This document shows positions 41,539-49,690 of a DNA stretch of 64,000 bases, in pieces. Origin of the DNA: Desulfomonilia bacterium (GTDB lineage Bacteria; Desulfobacterota; Desulfomonilia; UBA1062). The first letter of the stretch is position 1. Each line of letters begins with the position of its first letter. The notes under the pieces were generated by a model, which saw only the letters and a list, made by a program, of their open reading frames with translations, was not told the origin of the DNA and did not search any database. Where the stretch lies: assembly GCA_963664325.2 (NCBI GenBank), contig CAXXDQ010000007.1, positions 973,749 to 1,037,748 of the forward strand, written 5' to 3'. The position numbers and the translations under genes are program-made.

Positions 41539-43434
41539 ATGGATAAGCATATTGGGCAGGTATGGAAGAATCGTTTTTTCAATTTGTTCACAGTACTTTG
41601 TTTGTTGCTGACACCGATACTGCCGGGATGTGGTAGCGGTGGCGGTGGCGGCGGTGGAGACGGCACAGGCTCAGCTGAAGAAGGAACCGGCGAGGTGGCT
41701 ATCAGCCTTACCGACGCACCTTCGGACTTCGCCAGCTATACGGTGGATGTAGTCTCGATAAGTCTGAAGAAGTTAAGCGGTGCCGAGGTTGAAACACTGC
41801 CGCTTACCCAGCGGGTAGATTTCAGCCAGTATGCGGAGATGACCGAGTTTGTAACGTCCTGCACCATCCCTTCCGGGGTATATACCGAGGTAGCCCTTAC
41901 ACTGGATTATTCCAATGCCGATATCAGGGTGGAGGACAATGCAGGGATAATCAAGCAGATTTCACAAGGGAATCTCATCATCCTGGATGATGAGGACAAT
42001 CCCGTCACCGACAAAACCCGTGTCAGGGTATCCGTAAACCTGGGCACGCCGGCTCTCACCATCCTCCCCGGTGTGGCCGCACATCTTGCCCTGGACTTCA
42101 ACCTAAAGGCCACCAACTCCGTGGATCTCAGCGGCAGCGCCCCGGTCTTGACCGTGAGCCCCATGTTGCTGGCCGACCTTGAACTCCAGGCCAAAACCCT
42201 CCGCGTGCGGGGTACGCTGGCTGATGTTCATCTCGCGGATGCCAAACAAGCTGACAACTTTTATGTCCTGATCAAGCCGTTCATCTACGCCATCCTCGGA
42301 GACCAGTACTATTTCGGAAAGCTCATGGTTAGCCCGGACGACAACACGGTGTATGTGTTCGATGACGGGCAGAAAACAGGAAGCGTAGGCCTTTCCCAAC
42401 TGGCTAGCATGCCTGCCAATACCCCGGTATTGGCGCTGGGCAGCTTCGCTGCAGGCCCCAACCGGCTGGAGGCAGAGGAAGTGTATGTGGGTTCGAGAGT
42501 TCCCGGGTTGGACACGGATGTCGTAAACGGCAGTGTTATTGCCCGCAGTGGGGATACCCTCACCATAACAGGAGCGAGCCTGGTGAATTCGTCCGGTCAG
42601 CTCAAGTTCTGCAAAACTGCGGTGGTAACACTGAATGGAAACACCCAGGTCAGCCGGCAGTTCACCAAAGATACATTTTCAAAAGACGACATATCCGTTG
42701 GACAGCACATTGTGGTCTTTGGAAATAATGCGGTCTTCAATGAATCTACCGAACAGCTCTTTATGACAGCATCCGCTGCACGCATGCTCGTCACACATCT
42801 ACGGGGCACGGTGAAAAGCGTATCCAGCAGCACCATCGTGGTTAATCTAAGCGCCATTGACGGCAGGAAACCCTCGGTCTTTAATTTTACCGGCACAGGG
42901 GCAGATCCCGCCAATTATAAAATCGACAGGACAGGGCTTACTCTTTCTAAAATCGCCACGAACACGCGCGTCAAGGTATGGGGCTTTGTCAATCAATTCG
43001 GGCCCTCAACTACTCCTGATTTCAATGCCCGGACAGTCATCGACATCTCCACCATGCTCGGCCTGATGCAGGTCAATTGGAATCCGGCTTATAATGGGGC
43101 CTTCAGCATATCGAACCAGAGCCTGGTCCTGAACTTCAATGAAGACCTCGGACGGTTCCATTTCCTGCTCCGTGATGGCATGGTCGATGACCTCGTGACG
43201 GATTTTGGTTCTCAGCAGGTTGTCATTAAAGACGGCAAGGGCCTCTTCTTGATCGCACAAGGCCTTTTCTTCTGGCCCTATATAGATTTCGGCAATTATG
43301 TTAACGAGCTTGATAATTACCAGTATAAAGGCGCGAAGGTGCGCGGCATCACTGCAATAGGAACGTTCGATGATGATACAGCCACCATGACGCCTGGCTA
43401 CCAGGTCGTTCGCTTCCAGGGCGTTTTGTTTTAG
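41539..43434 (+). CDS. DUF4382-like lipoprotein
   Basis: LPG-C lipobox, poly-Gly linker, ISLTDAP, LDFNL. Confidence 0.75.
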   Translation: MDKHIGQVWKNRFFNLFTVLCLLLTPILPGCGSGGGGGGGDGTGSAEEGTGEVAISLTDAPSDFASYTVDVVSISLKKLSGAEVETLPLTQRVDFSQYAEMTEFVTSCTIPSGVYTEVALTLDYSNADIRVEDNAGIIKQISQGNLIILDDEDNPVTDKTRVRVSVNLGTPALTILPGVAAHLALDFNLKATNSVDLSGSAPVLTVSPMLLADLELQAKTLRVRGTLADVHLADAKQADNFYVLIKPFIYAILGDQYYFGKLMVSPDDNTVYVFDDGQKTGSVGLSQLASMPANTPVLALGSFAAGPNRLEAEEVYVGSRVPGLDTDVVNGSVIARSGDTLTITGASLVNSSGQLKFCKTAVVTLNGNTQVSRQFTKDTFSKDDISVGQHIVVFGNNAVFNESTEQLFMTASAARMLVTHLRGTVKSVSSSTIVVNLSAIDGRKPSVFNFTGTGADPANYKIDRTGLTLSKIATNTRVKVWGFVNQFGPSTTPDFNARTVIDISTMLGLMQVNWNPAYNGAFSISNQSLVLNFNEDLGRFHFLLRDGMVDDLVTDFGSQQVVIKDGKGLFLIAQGLFFWPYIDFGNYVNELDNYQYKGAKVRGITAIGTFDDDTATMTPGYQVVRFQGVLF

Positions 43435-43442
43435 GATCCAAT

Positions 43443-43471
43443 CCGGGACGGCGGGCATGTCGCCGTCCCGG
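43443..43471. terminator. GC-rich hairpin between convergent genes
   Basis: CCGGGACGGCG-GGCATGT-CGCCGTCCCGG. Confidence 0.6.
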
Positions 43472-43497
43472 CCTTGATGGTATTTCGTATGGAATTA

Positions 43498-45078
43498 TTA
43501 CTTTACAAACGGGATTTTCAGCACGGGCCTGTCATCATAATGGAACCTGACCGTGTAAGCAGGCCTGTCAGGAAATCCGCAGCGTCTTTCATAGGTATCG
43601 AAGACAACGGCCAGTCTGTGGTTTTTCTTGAGCCGCCACGCAATGGCATGGAAGTCAAAGGACAGCCTCTTCCTCTCGCCGGGATTTACATTCCAGAGAG
43701 TCCATGCGCTGTGGCTGATAAGTTCGCCGTAGCCGAGCGGGTTTACATCGTAGAGGTGGGCAATCACCTGTGCATCCTTCTGCGATGGAGTGACGCTCAG
43801 GTCAAGAACCGGGATGCCTGCAATAATGCCCTCGCTTGCTGACGGGGCCGAAATATGAGTCAAGGCATAATCCTTATCGAGCAGAAAAATATTCAGCCCG
43901 GTATCGACATTGAGCATCTGGGAAACGGTATCGTCCGGCCCGAAGGATGCCATTGAACCCTTGCCGCTCTTAATTTCCCGGAAAAACAGGGTGAATTCGG
44001 GCGAGCTGTCAAGGCTGCCCCGGCCGGTGGCAGAGCTTTTCAGTCTGTCCAGGTTGAGATAATAGTTCCGGTATTTTATCTGTTCGGTCGGCCATGATGA
44101 AAAATAAAGCCTCGTCTTTTCGTCCTTGAGCCCGAAGCTTACCGGTGTTTTGGTGAGCCTGTCCGAAATGCCCGCGTCAATGCCTTTGAGGTAATAGTCG
44201 AACCATTTGTAAACCGTATCCCAGGTGACCTCCGGCATGTCCAGGCAGCCGTATCCCACCGGAAAGGCGTGCATGCCGTCATTCATGTCGATTACCTTGT
44301 CAGGAACATCAAGCAGCGAGTAAAAATCCATAACGCTGTTCGGAGAAAAAAGCGGGTCGGCATAATAGTTGGAGATATAAACGCTCAGCCTGCCGTTGGT
44401 CCTGGCATAAGCATCCAGAAGCCTGAATGGGGAGATGTCATCAAGCCATTTAAGGATCTCGGAAACATTGCGGCCCTGCTCCAGGTCATTGACCCTGTCG
44501 CTGATCATGTTTGAATCTCCGCCTGTCTGGGTCGAGGCCCAGGATTTGTTGGGCGTATCCTGGGGGAACAAGGCGTCATGCATTATCGCCGTGCCGCTCA
44601 TTGCAGCGACCGCCTTTATGCGTGTATCGAATATTCCGGCCTCCAGCGACCGGCAGGCGCCCATTGAAATGCCGGCCATGCCGATATTTTTGACATCAAC
44701 GGGATAATTTTTAATCACGAAATCAATGATGGTTGAGACGTCTTTCAGGTCATTTTCCTCACCGACATTGATCTTGCCGGTCGAGCCGAACCATCCTCTT
44801 GCCGAATATGAAACTGCTATGTAACCTTCGGCAGCCATTTTTCTGGCAGGGAAAAGGTACTCTATCTTCGGCAGTCCCCAGCTTGGCGAGAAAACGACAA
44901 GAGGCAGGTTGATGCCGTACTGGGGGGCATAAACATCGCAATCGAGCTTGAACCCGTCATAGGTGGTCACCCAATGCTGAGTCACCTTGATCGGGTATTT
45001 TGCGGCGTGCACGGGCGAAACCAGGGAAAGGACAATGATACAAAACAATGACATGATGAATATCTTCCTGATGCTCAT
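43498..45078 (-). CDS. Secreted CocE/NonD (peptidase S15-like) hydrolase
   Basis: Signal peptide, YSARGW..STG, nucleophile GISMG, WFDYYLKG. Confidence 0.85.
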   Translation of the reverse strand: MSIRKIFIMSLFCIIVLSLVSPVHAAKYPIKVTQHWVTTYDGFKLDCDVYAPQYGINLPLVVFSPSWGLPKIEYLFPARKMAAEGYIAVSYSARGWFGSTGKINVGEENDLKDVSTIIDFVIKNYPVDVKNIGMAGISMGACRSLEAGIFDTRIKAVAAMSGTAIMHDALFPQDTPNKSWASTQTGGDSNMISDRVNDLEQGRNVSEILKWLDDISPFRLLDAYARTNGRLSVYISNYYADPLFSPNSVMDFYSLLDVPDKVIDMNDGMHAFPVGYGCLDMPEVTWDTVYKWFDYYLKGIDAGISDRLTKTPVSFGLKDEKTRLYFSSWPTEQIKYRNYYLNLDRLKSSATGRGSLDSSPEFTLFFREIKSGKGSMASFGPDDTVSQMLNVDTGLNIFLLDKDYALTHISAPSASEGIIAGIPVLDLSVTPSQKDAQVIAHLYDVNPLGYGELISHSAWTLWNVNPGERKRLSFDFHAIAWRLKKNHRLAVVFDTYERRCGFPDRPAYTVRFHYDDRPVLKIPFVK

Positions 45079-45609
45079 AAAACCCCCTCATAAAAATATT
45101 AACGTAATGACATAATATAACCATTTAAACAACTGAAGTAAAGCAAAAGAGTCACAGCAAACAAAAGAGCTGTACTTTCCGGGTTTCAATGTCTTACAAC
45201 GACCTGCTGCCCTTCGGATTATGGCTATCGGAGCGGTTTCTTACAGATATCCATGGTCCAGTGTTCAGCTACGGGAAGCAAAGGTTTTGCGGACATATAT
45301 TCAGGTCAGTCTGAGTTCCGGGAATGTCTTTTTACGTCAGGAATACTAACTTTTACAGAAAGGCTTGGAACTCGGGAAGAATGCCGGTTTTGTTTACATT
45401 GGACAATTTTTCCATGATATACCCGCCGGGCTTTTTGTCTTTATTACCTTTAAATACCCGCTGGTGAAAGTTTGATTCTTCTGATCTTATGACATATTTT
45501 TCTTTTCATTTCTTCGTTAAATACAGTACTATTTCACAAAATATTCCCAAAAAGGATTTAGGGTATATTAATTGTTGGGGTAAATACATAATAGAAAGGA
45601 AAGTAGAAT

Positions 45610-45948
45610 ATGAACGCTGGGAAAAAGGCTCTTATTAAATACTTGAAAAATAATAAAGATAAGTTGGCAAATTATTTCAAAACAACAAAAGATTTGGAAA
45701 ACTTTATAACCTTATTGGAAGGTGAATTAATAAATAAGAATATTAGAGTGATTTATTTTACTGAATGTATGGCCGACATCAATGGTGGCCGCGCTGGAAA
45801 GCAATTTGAATATTGGTATGAGTCTCTTGAGAAGGCGAAGTCTGCGCCATTGCCAGAAGGTTGTGTATCCGGATGTATTTTTGCTGAAGAAGGTACTTAT
45901 TATTTTAACAAACATAATGGATGGGAGTTCTACAAAAAAAAGATATAA
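45610..45948 (+). CDS. Cassette-borne hypothetical protein (112 aa)
   Basis: AAGGA RBS, AT-rich, stop codon 3 bp before attC1. Confidence 0.7.
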   Translation: MNAGKKALIKYLKNNKDKLANYFKTTKDLENFITLLEGELINKNIRVIYFTECMADINGGRAGKQFEYWYESLEKAKSAPLPEGCVSGCIFAEEGTYYFNKHNGWEFYKKKI

Positions 45949-45951
45949 TAC

Positions 45952-46012
45952 CCCCAACCAGTCGCTAAAGCCGATCGCCGTTTCACGGCTCCGGCTTAGC
46001 TTTTCGTTAGTG
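45952..46012 (+). other. attC site 1 (61 bp)
   Basis: R'' CCCCAAC, inner arms GCTAAAGCCGA / CCGGCTTAGC with an unpaired base, R' GTTAGTG. Confidence 0.8.
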
Positions 46013-46029
46013 CACAAGAGGTCGAAGCT

Positions 46030-47298
46030 GTGAATCAAGCGATTATCGATGAAGTCACAAGGCATTATCTGGAGTCGGGTGATTTCAATGGTTATCCTGT
46101 TTACACCTTAAAGAAGCAGTTTGATGTCGATGACGAAACCGTAAAAGCACTTCTTCGGGAGCTAATCGTCACTCGAAAGATCGATGTTGTATTTGGAAAC
46201 ATTCACCCAAACCCGCATATAAAAGCATTTTCCGATACGTCAGCAGAACAACAAGTCGAGTTTCTCAGTCAACTTGAGTTTAATGACCACTTTTGCTTAT
46301 ACCCCTCCAAGGAAACTCTTGGCGATCTTTCACAAAGACCAAATTTCAGCAATGAGCCGTACACTGAGCAACTAGCGCTTGGTGATGGGCAGTTGGACTT
46401 TCGGGTATTCGATCTCTCCGTTCTCGAGCACTACCGGAATGACCCAAGGTATTACTATCAAACAGATTTTATTAACGGCCAGATTTCCGTAATAGATGAA
46501 TATTTCGAGTCTGAATCCATGCCTGAACATGATCAGGTATTGCTGCAAACCTTCGGGTTTGCTCATGACAAAGAGTTAAATAGGGCAGTTGCTGTTTTCT
46601 TGCGTTATCTATCAGATCTCAGTCCGGAGCATCAAAAGATTTGGAAGTCCAAAGAGTTACAGGGCGATTTTCAACTTCACCCGGATTATTTAAGAAATAG
46701 TATGGGTCATTGGGGTACGAGAATGTCCATCTTTGAAGCATTCAATCAGGAAATGATCACAATAAATGAGATGGCAGTCTTGATGGATAAGCCACCTCTT
46801 TTTCGCAAAACCTACGAGCATGATTATCCCCGCAACTTTGGGTTTCTTCTTCGGCCTACCCTCGCGGAATTTAATGCCTTTGTCCTGTTGCTAGACAAGC
46901 TAATGTCCGATAACTTAAACAAGAATTTTTTCTCGCCGGAATTGGAGCTTGAAGAAGATCACTTGCGGAACGATGAGAGAGTAGAGGTAAGGCAGAAAGG
47001 AACAATCGCTCTACTTGATGAATGGGTACATCGCTATTTCAGGCCTCAAGAACCTGAGCCGCTAGACCGGATGATAGCTACGTTTCGGAAAGTTCGTTCT
47101 TTGCGGCAAACGCCAGCGCATTCGATTAAAGAAGATGAATTCTACCAAAAATATTTCCACGAACAGCGGTCTTTAATGATTGACGCGTACGGTGCGATTC
47201 GAACTCTCCGGTTGGTACTTGCGAATCACCCCAATGTCAAAGCAAACCCGCCAGAGATTAACGAATTAATTTACGAAGGAAAAATATGGACAGTATAG
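46030..47298 (+). CDS. Cassette-borne 422-aa protein with C-terminal HEPN-like RxxxxH motif
   Basis: GTG start after GAGG; LRQTPAH near the C-terminus; no Walker A motif seen. Confidence 0.75.
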   Translation: MNQAIIDEVTRHYLESGDFNGYPVYTLKKQFDVDDETVKALLRELIVTRKIDVVFGNIHPNPHIKAFSDTSAEQQVEFLSQLEFNDHFCLYPSKETLGDLSQRPNFSNEPYTEQLALGDGQLDFRVFDLSVLEHYRNDPRYYYQTDFINGQISVIDEYFESESMPEHDQVLLQTFGFAHDKELNRAVAVFLRYLSDLSPEHQKIWKSKELQGDFQLHPDYLRNSMGHWGTRMSIFEAFNQEMITINEMAVLMDKPPLFRKTYEHDYPRNFGFLLRPTLAEFNAFVLLLDKLMSDNLNKNFFSPELELEEDHLRNDERVEVRQKGTIALLDEWVHRYFRPQEPEPLDRMIATFRKVRSLRQTPAHSIKEDEFYQKYFHEQRSLMIDAYGAIRTLRLVLANHPNVKANPPEINELIYEGKIWTV

Positions 47299-47379
47299 GC
47301 GCTAACAATGTCGTAAACTCGGACGCATTTTTCGTTTGCTACGCTCACTACAAATGCGCCGGTTACGCCTGCGTTTGCA
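47299..47379 (+). other. attC site 2 (about 80 bp)
   Basis: R'' GCGCTAAC directly after the stop; arms CGTAAACTCGGACGCATTT / AAATGCGCCGGTTACG; ends GCG-TTTGCA. Confidence 0.8.
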
Positions 47380-47591
47380 TCTCCCGCGAAGACATTTAAT
47401 TCTTAAAGCCTGTAAAAATCAGGGTCTTCGTAAGTTATATGTAGTTAAAATATCAAAAGCAAAAGTCCATGTCTTGGCACGTTATGGTTAGAAAAGACCT
47501 TTTTTTACCGAGGGGGATTAGATATGCGAAGTTATAGCGCCTTATAATTTCCGCTCTTCATTCAACATGATGCATATAAATCAACATCAGG

Positions 47592-47717
47592 TGTAAGGCG
47601 TTAGAACAAAGCATACCGCGAAGTGACGCAGGCGAGAAATGAGACATACTTTTAACGTATGTCGCAGTGACGAGCCAAGGATGCGACAAAGGTATGTAAA
47701 GTTATAACGTCTTACAC
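47592..47717. repeat. About 125-bp palindromic element, copy 3
   Basis: Terminal inverted repeat GTGTAAGGCGTTAGAAC...GTTATAACGTCTTACAC; central GACATAC-TTTTAAC-GTATGTC; ends 1 bp from the symporter stop codon. Confidence 0.7.
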
Positions 47718-47718
47718 A

Positions 47719-49473
47719 TCACCAGAAGATTATGTTCAGTGCTATTGCACAGATCAGCACTATTACAGCCAGCAGTACAGGCTTCTTATACCAGGGAAGG
47801 CCAGTTTCCCTGATCTTTTCGGTCAGAGAATATACAAGTCCTTTAAGGTCTTCATCGGATTTCCTGCGCGTTGTCAGCAGGGAAATTATGACTGTCATTG
47901 TCAGGCATACTATAAAGGCATAGATCGCTGTCCAGAAATTCTGGGCCATCTCGCTGTGATATTCGGTGACGACGGTCCCAAGCCACCCGCCCTTTATTCC
48001 CGGATAGGAATTCATGGGCAGCGAGAGTCCGTGGTTTATGGCCGCGGCAACCGTGCCTGAAAGCAGCCCGAAGAAGGCCCCGTGGCCCGTTGTCCTTTTC
48101 CAGAACATGCCCAGCATGAAGGTTGCAAAAAGCGGCGCATTGACAAAGGCGCAGACAAGCTGGAGCATATCGTTGATATTGTTGAAGCTCGCCGCCATAT
48201 AGGCAGCCCCCATGCTGAGCAGGATTCCCGCAACCGTTGAGGCGCGCCCCATCATGAAATAATGCCTGTCTGACTTTCCGGGCCTGATGTAGCTCTGGTA
48301 GATATCATAGGTCCAGACCGTGTTGAATGCAGTGACATTGCCTGCCATGCCCGACATGAAGGAGGCCATCAATGCGGTAAGCCCGAGCCCAAGAAGTCCT
48401 GGCGGGAAATAGTGGCCTATCATGACAGGTATGACCATATTGTAATTAAGCGTGCCGTCTTTGAGAACCGGCAGAAAGTTTTGCCCCAACCCTATGGCCT
48501 CATGCGTGGGTATGAACCTGTGCATGCCGCTTGTGTAATTAAGGGCGATCGCGATCATGCCCGGCAGGATGACGATAAACGGGAAAAGCATCTTGGGAAA
48601 GGCCGCGATAAGCGGAGTCCTTCTTGCCGCATTCATGGAGTTTGCGGCCAGGGCCCTCTGTACGACAAGAAAATCGGTGCACCAGTATCCGAACGAAAGG
48701 ACAAAACCGAGGCCGAATACCATGCCGAACCATTCGACCCCCATGGGGTTGCTTGATGAGGAGGCCATCGGACGCCATGACTCCGACCATGTGCCCGGGG
48801 CAAAACCGTGCAGTGTGCTTACCGTATTAAGCCTCTCGACAAGCCCGTGCCAGCCCCCTATGTCGATCAGGCCGATAACGACCAGCGGCAGGAAACCCAG
48901 GACAATAAGAAAGAACTGCAGGACCTCGTTATAGATGGCGGACGTAAGCCCGCCCAGGAATATATAGGCAAGGACAAAAAGCCCGGAGACGACAATGCTG
49001 AAATTAAAATTCCAGCCAAGCAGCAGTTCCAGCAGAACGGCAAGCGCATACATGGAAATCCCCGAAGAGAATATGGTCATGAATGCGAAAGATATCGCGT
49101 TGAAGCCCCTTGTCTTCTCGTCAAACCTGAGCTTGAGGTATTCGGGGACCGACCGGACCTTGGAGCCGTAATAAAAAGGCATCATGAACACGCCCATGAA
49201 CACCATGGCCGGTATCGCCCCGACCCAGTAGAACTGGCTGGTCATGATGCCGTATTTTGCGCCCGAGGCCGCCATGCCCAGGAGCTCCTGGGCCCCCAGG
49301 TTGGCCGATATAAAGGCAAGGCCTGTTATCCATGCGGGAATTGAGCGCCCCGAGAGGAAGAAGTCCTCGCTTGTTTTCATGTTTCTTTTGAGCATCCACC
49401 CTATTCCGAGGACAAATACGAAATAGGTGCAGAGCAGTACGTAATCTACCGTCGCGAGCTCGATGGCCCTCAT
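47719..49473 (-). CDS. Sodium:solute symporter (SSS/SLC5 family), paralogue 2
   Basis: DFFLSGRS, SANLGA, SVPEYL..RF, GYWCTDF..QR. Confidence 0.93.
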   Translation of the reverse strand: MRAIELATVDYVLLCTYFVFVLGIGWMLKRNMKTSEDFFLSGRSIPAWITGLAFISANLGAQELLGMAASGAKYGIMTSQFYWVGAIPAMVFMGVFMMPFYYGSKVRSVPEYLKLRFDEKTRGFNAISFAFMTIFSSGISMYALAVLLELLLGWNFNFSIVVSGLFVLAYIFLGGLTSAIYNEVLQFFLIVLGFLPLVVIGLIDIGGWHGLVERLNTVSTLHGFAPGTWSESWRPMASSSSNPMGVEWFGMVFGLGFVLSFGYWCTDFLVVQRALAANSMNAARRTPLIAAFPKMLFPFIVILPGMIAIALNYTSGMHRFIPTHEAIGLGQNFLPVLKDGTLNYNMVIPVMIGHYFPPGLLGLGLTALMASFMSGMAGNVTAFNTVWTYDIYQSYIRPGKSDRHYFMMGRASTVAGILLSMGAAYMAASFNNINDMLQLVCAFVNAPLFATFMLGMFWKRTTGHGAFFGLLSGTVAAAINHGLSLPMNSYPGIKGGWLGTVVTEYHSEMAQNFWTAIYAFIVCLTMTVIISLLTTRRKSDEDLKGLVYSLTEKIRETGLPWYKKPVLLAVIVLICAIALNIIFW

Positions 49474-49477
49474 GAGC

Positions 49478-49678
49478 TTAATCCTTCTTCTTGGAAGCCT
49501 TCCAGGCCATGCCCGTCATAATGGAACCGAAGGCTACAAGCACGAAACCCCACAGGAGGTTGACGTTTATGTCAAGAGAGCGGAAATAGATCTCGGGGTT
49601 TGATATGAAACCCCAGGCGACAAGGATAAGCCCCATTATCAGAAACATCAGACCGATCGGTGTTCTAATATCCAGCAT
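49478..49678 (-). CDS. Small two-TM protein associated with the symporters
   Basis: MLDIRTPIG..., NVNLLWG; GGAGG RBS; tightly packed between the two symporters. Confidence 0.8.
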   Translation of the reverse strand: MLDIRTPIGLMFLIMGLILVAWGFISNPEIYFRSLDINVNLLWGFVLVAFGSIMTGMAWKASKKKD

Positions 49679-49690
49679 AGCGTGCCTCCA

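Larger units (their letters stand above)
45574..47379 (+). mobile_element. Two integron gene cassettes with no integrase in the window (CALIN-like)
   Basis: Core site GTTGGGG at 45574, ORF, attC, ORF, attC; cassettes are more AT-rich than the flanks. Confidence 0.8.

Noticed and set aside
41634-41660. GGC/GGT microsatellite
   Set aside because: It encodes the ordinary poly-Gly linker after the lipoprotein Cys.
45120-45573. intI remnant or attI upstream of the cassettes
   Set aside because: No tyrosine-recombinase motifs found in the frames I read; only short degenerate coding-like fragments that I cannot assign.
46030-47298. ATPase function for the cassette protein
   Set aside because: No Walker A or Walker B motif is visible.
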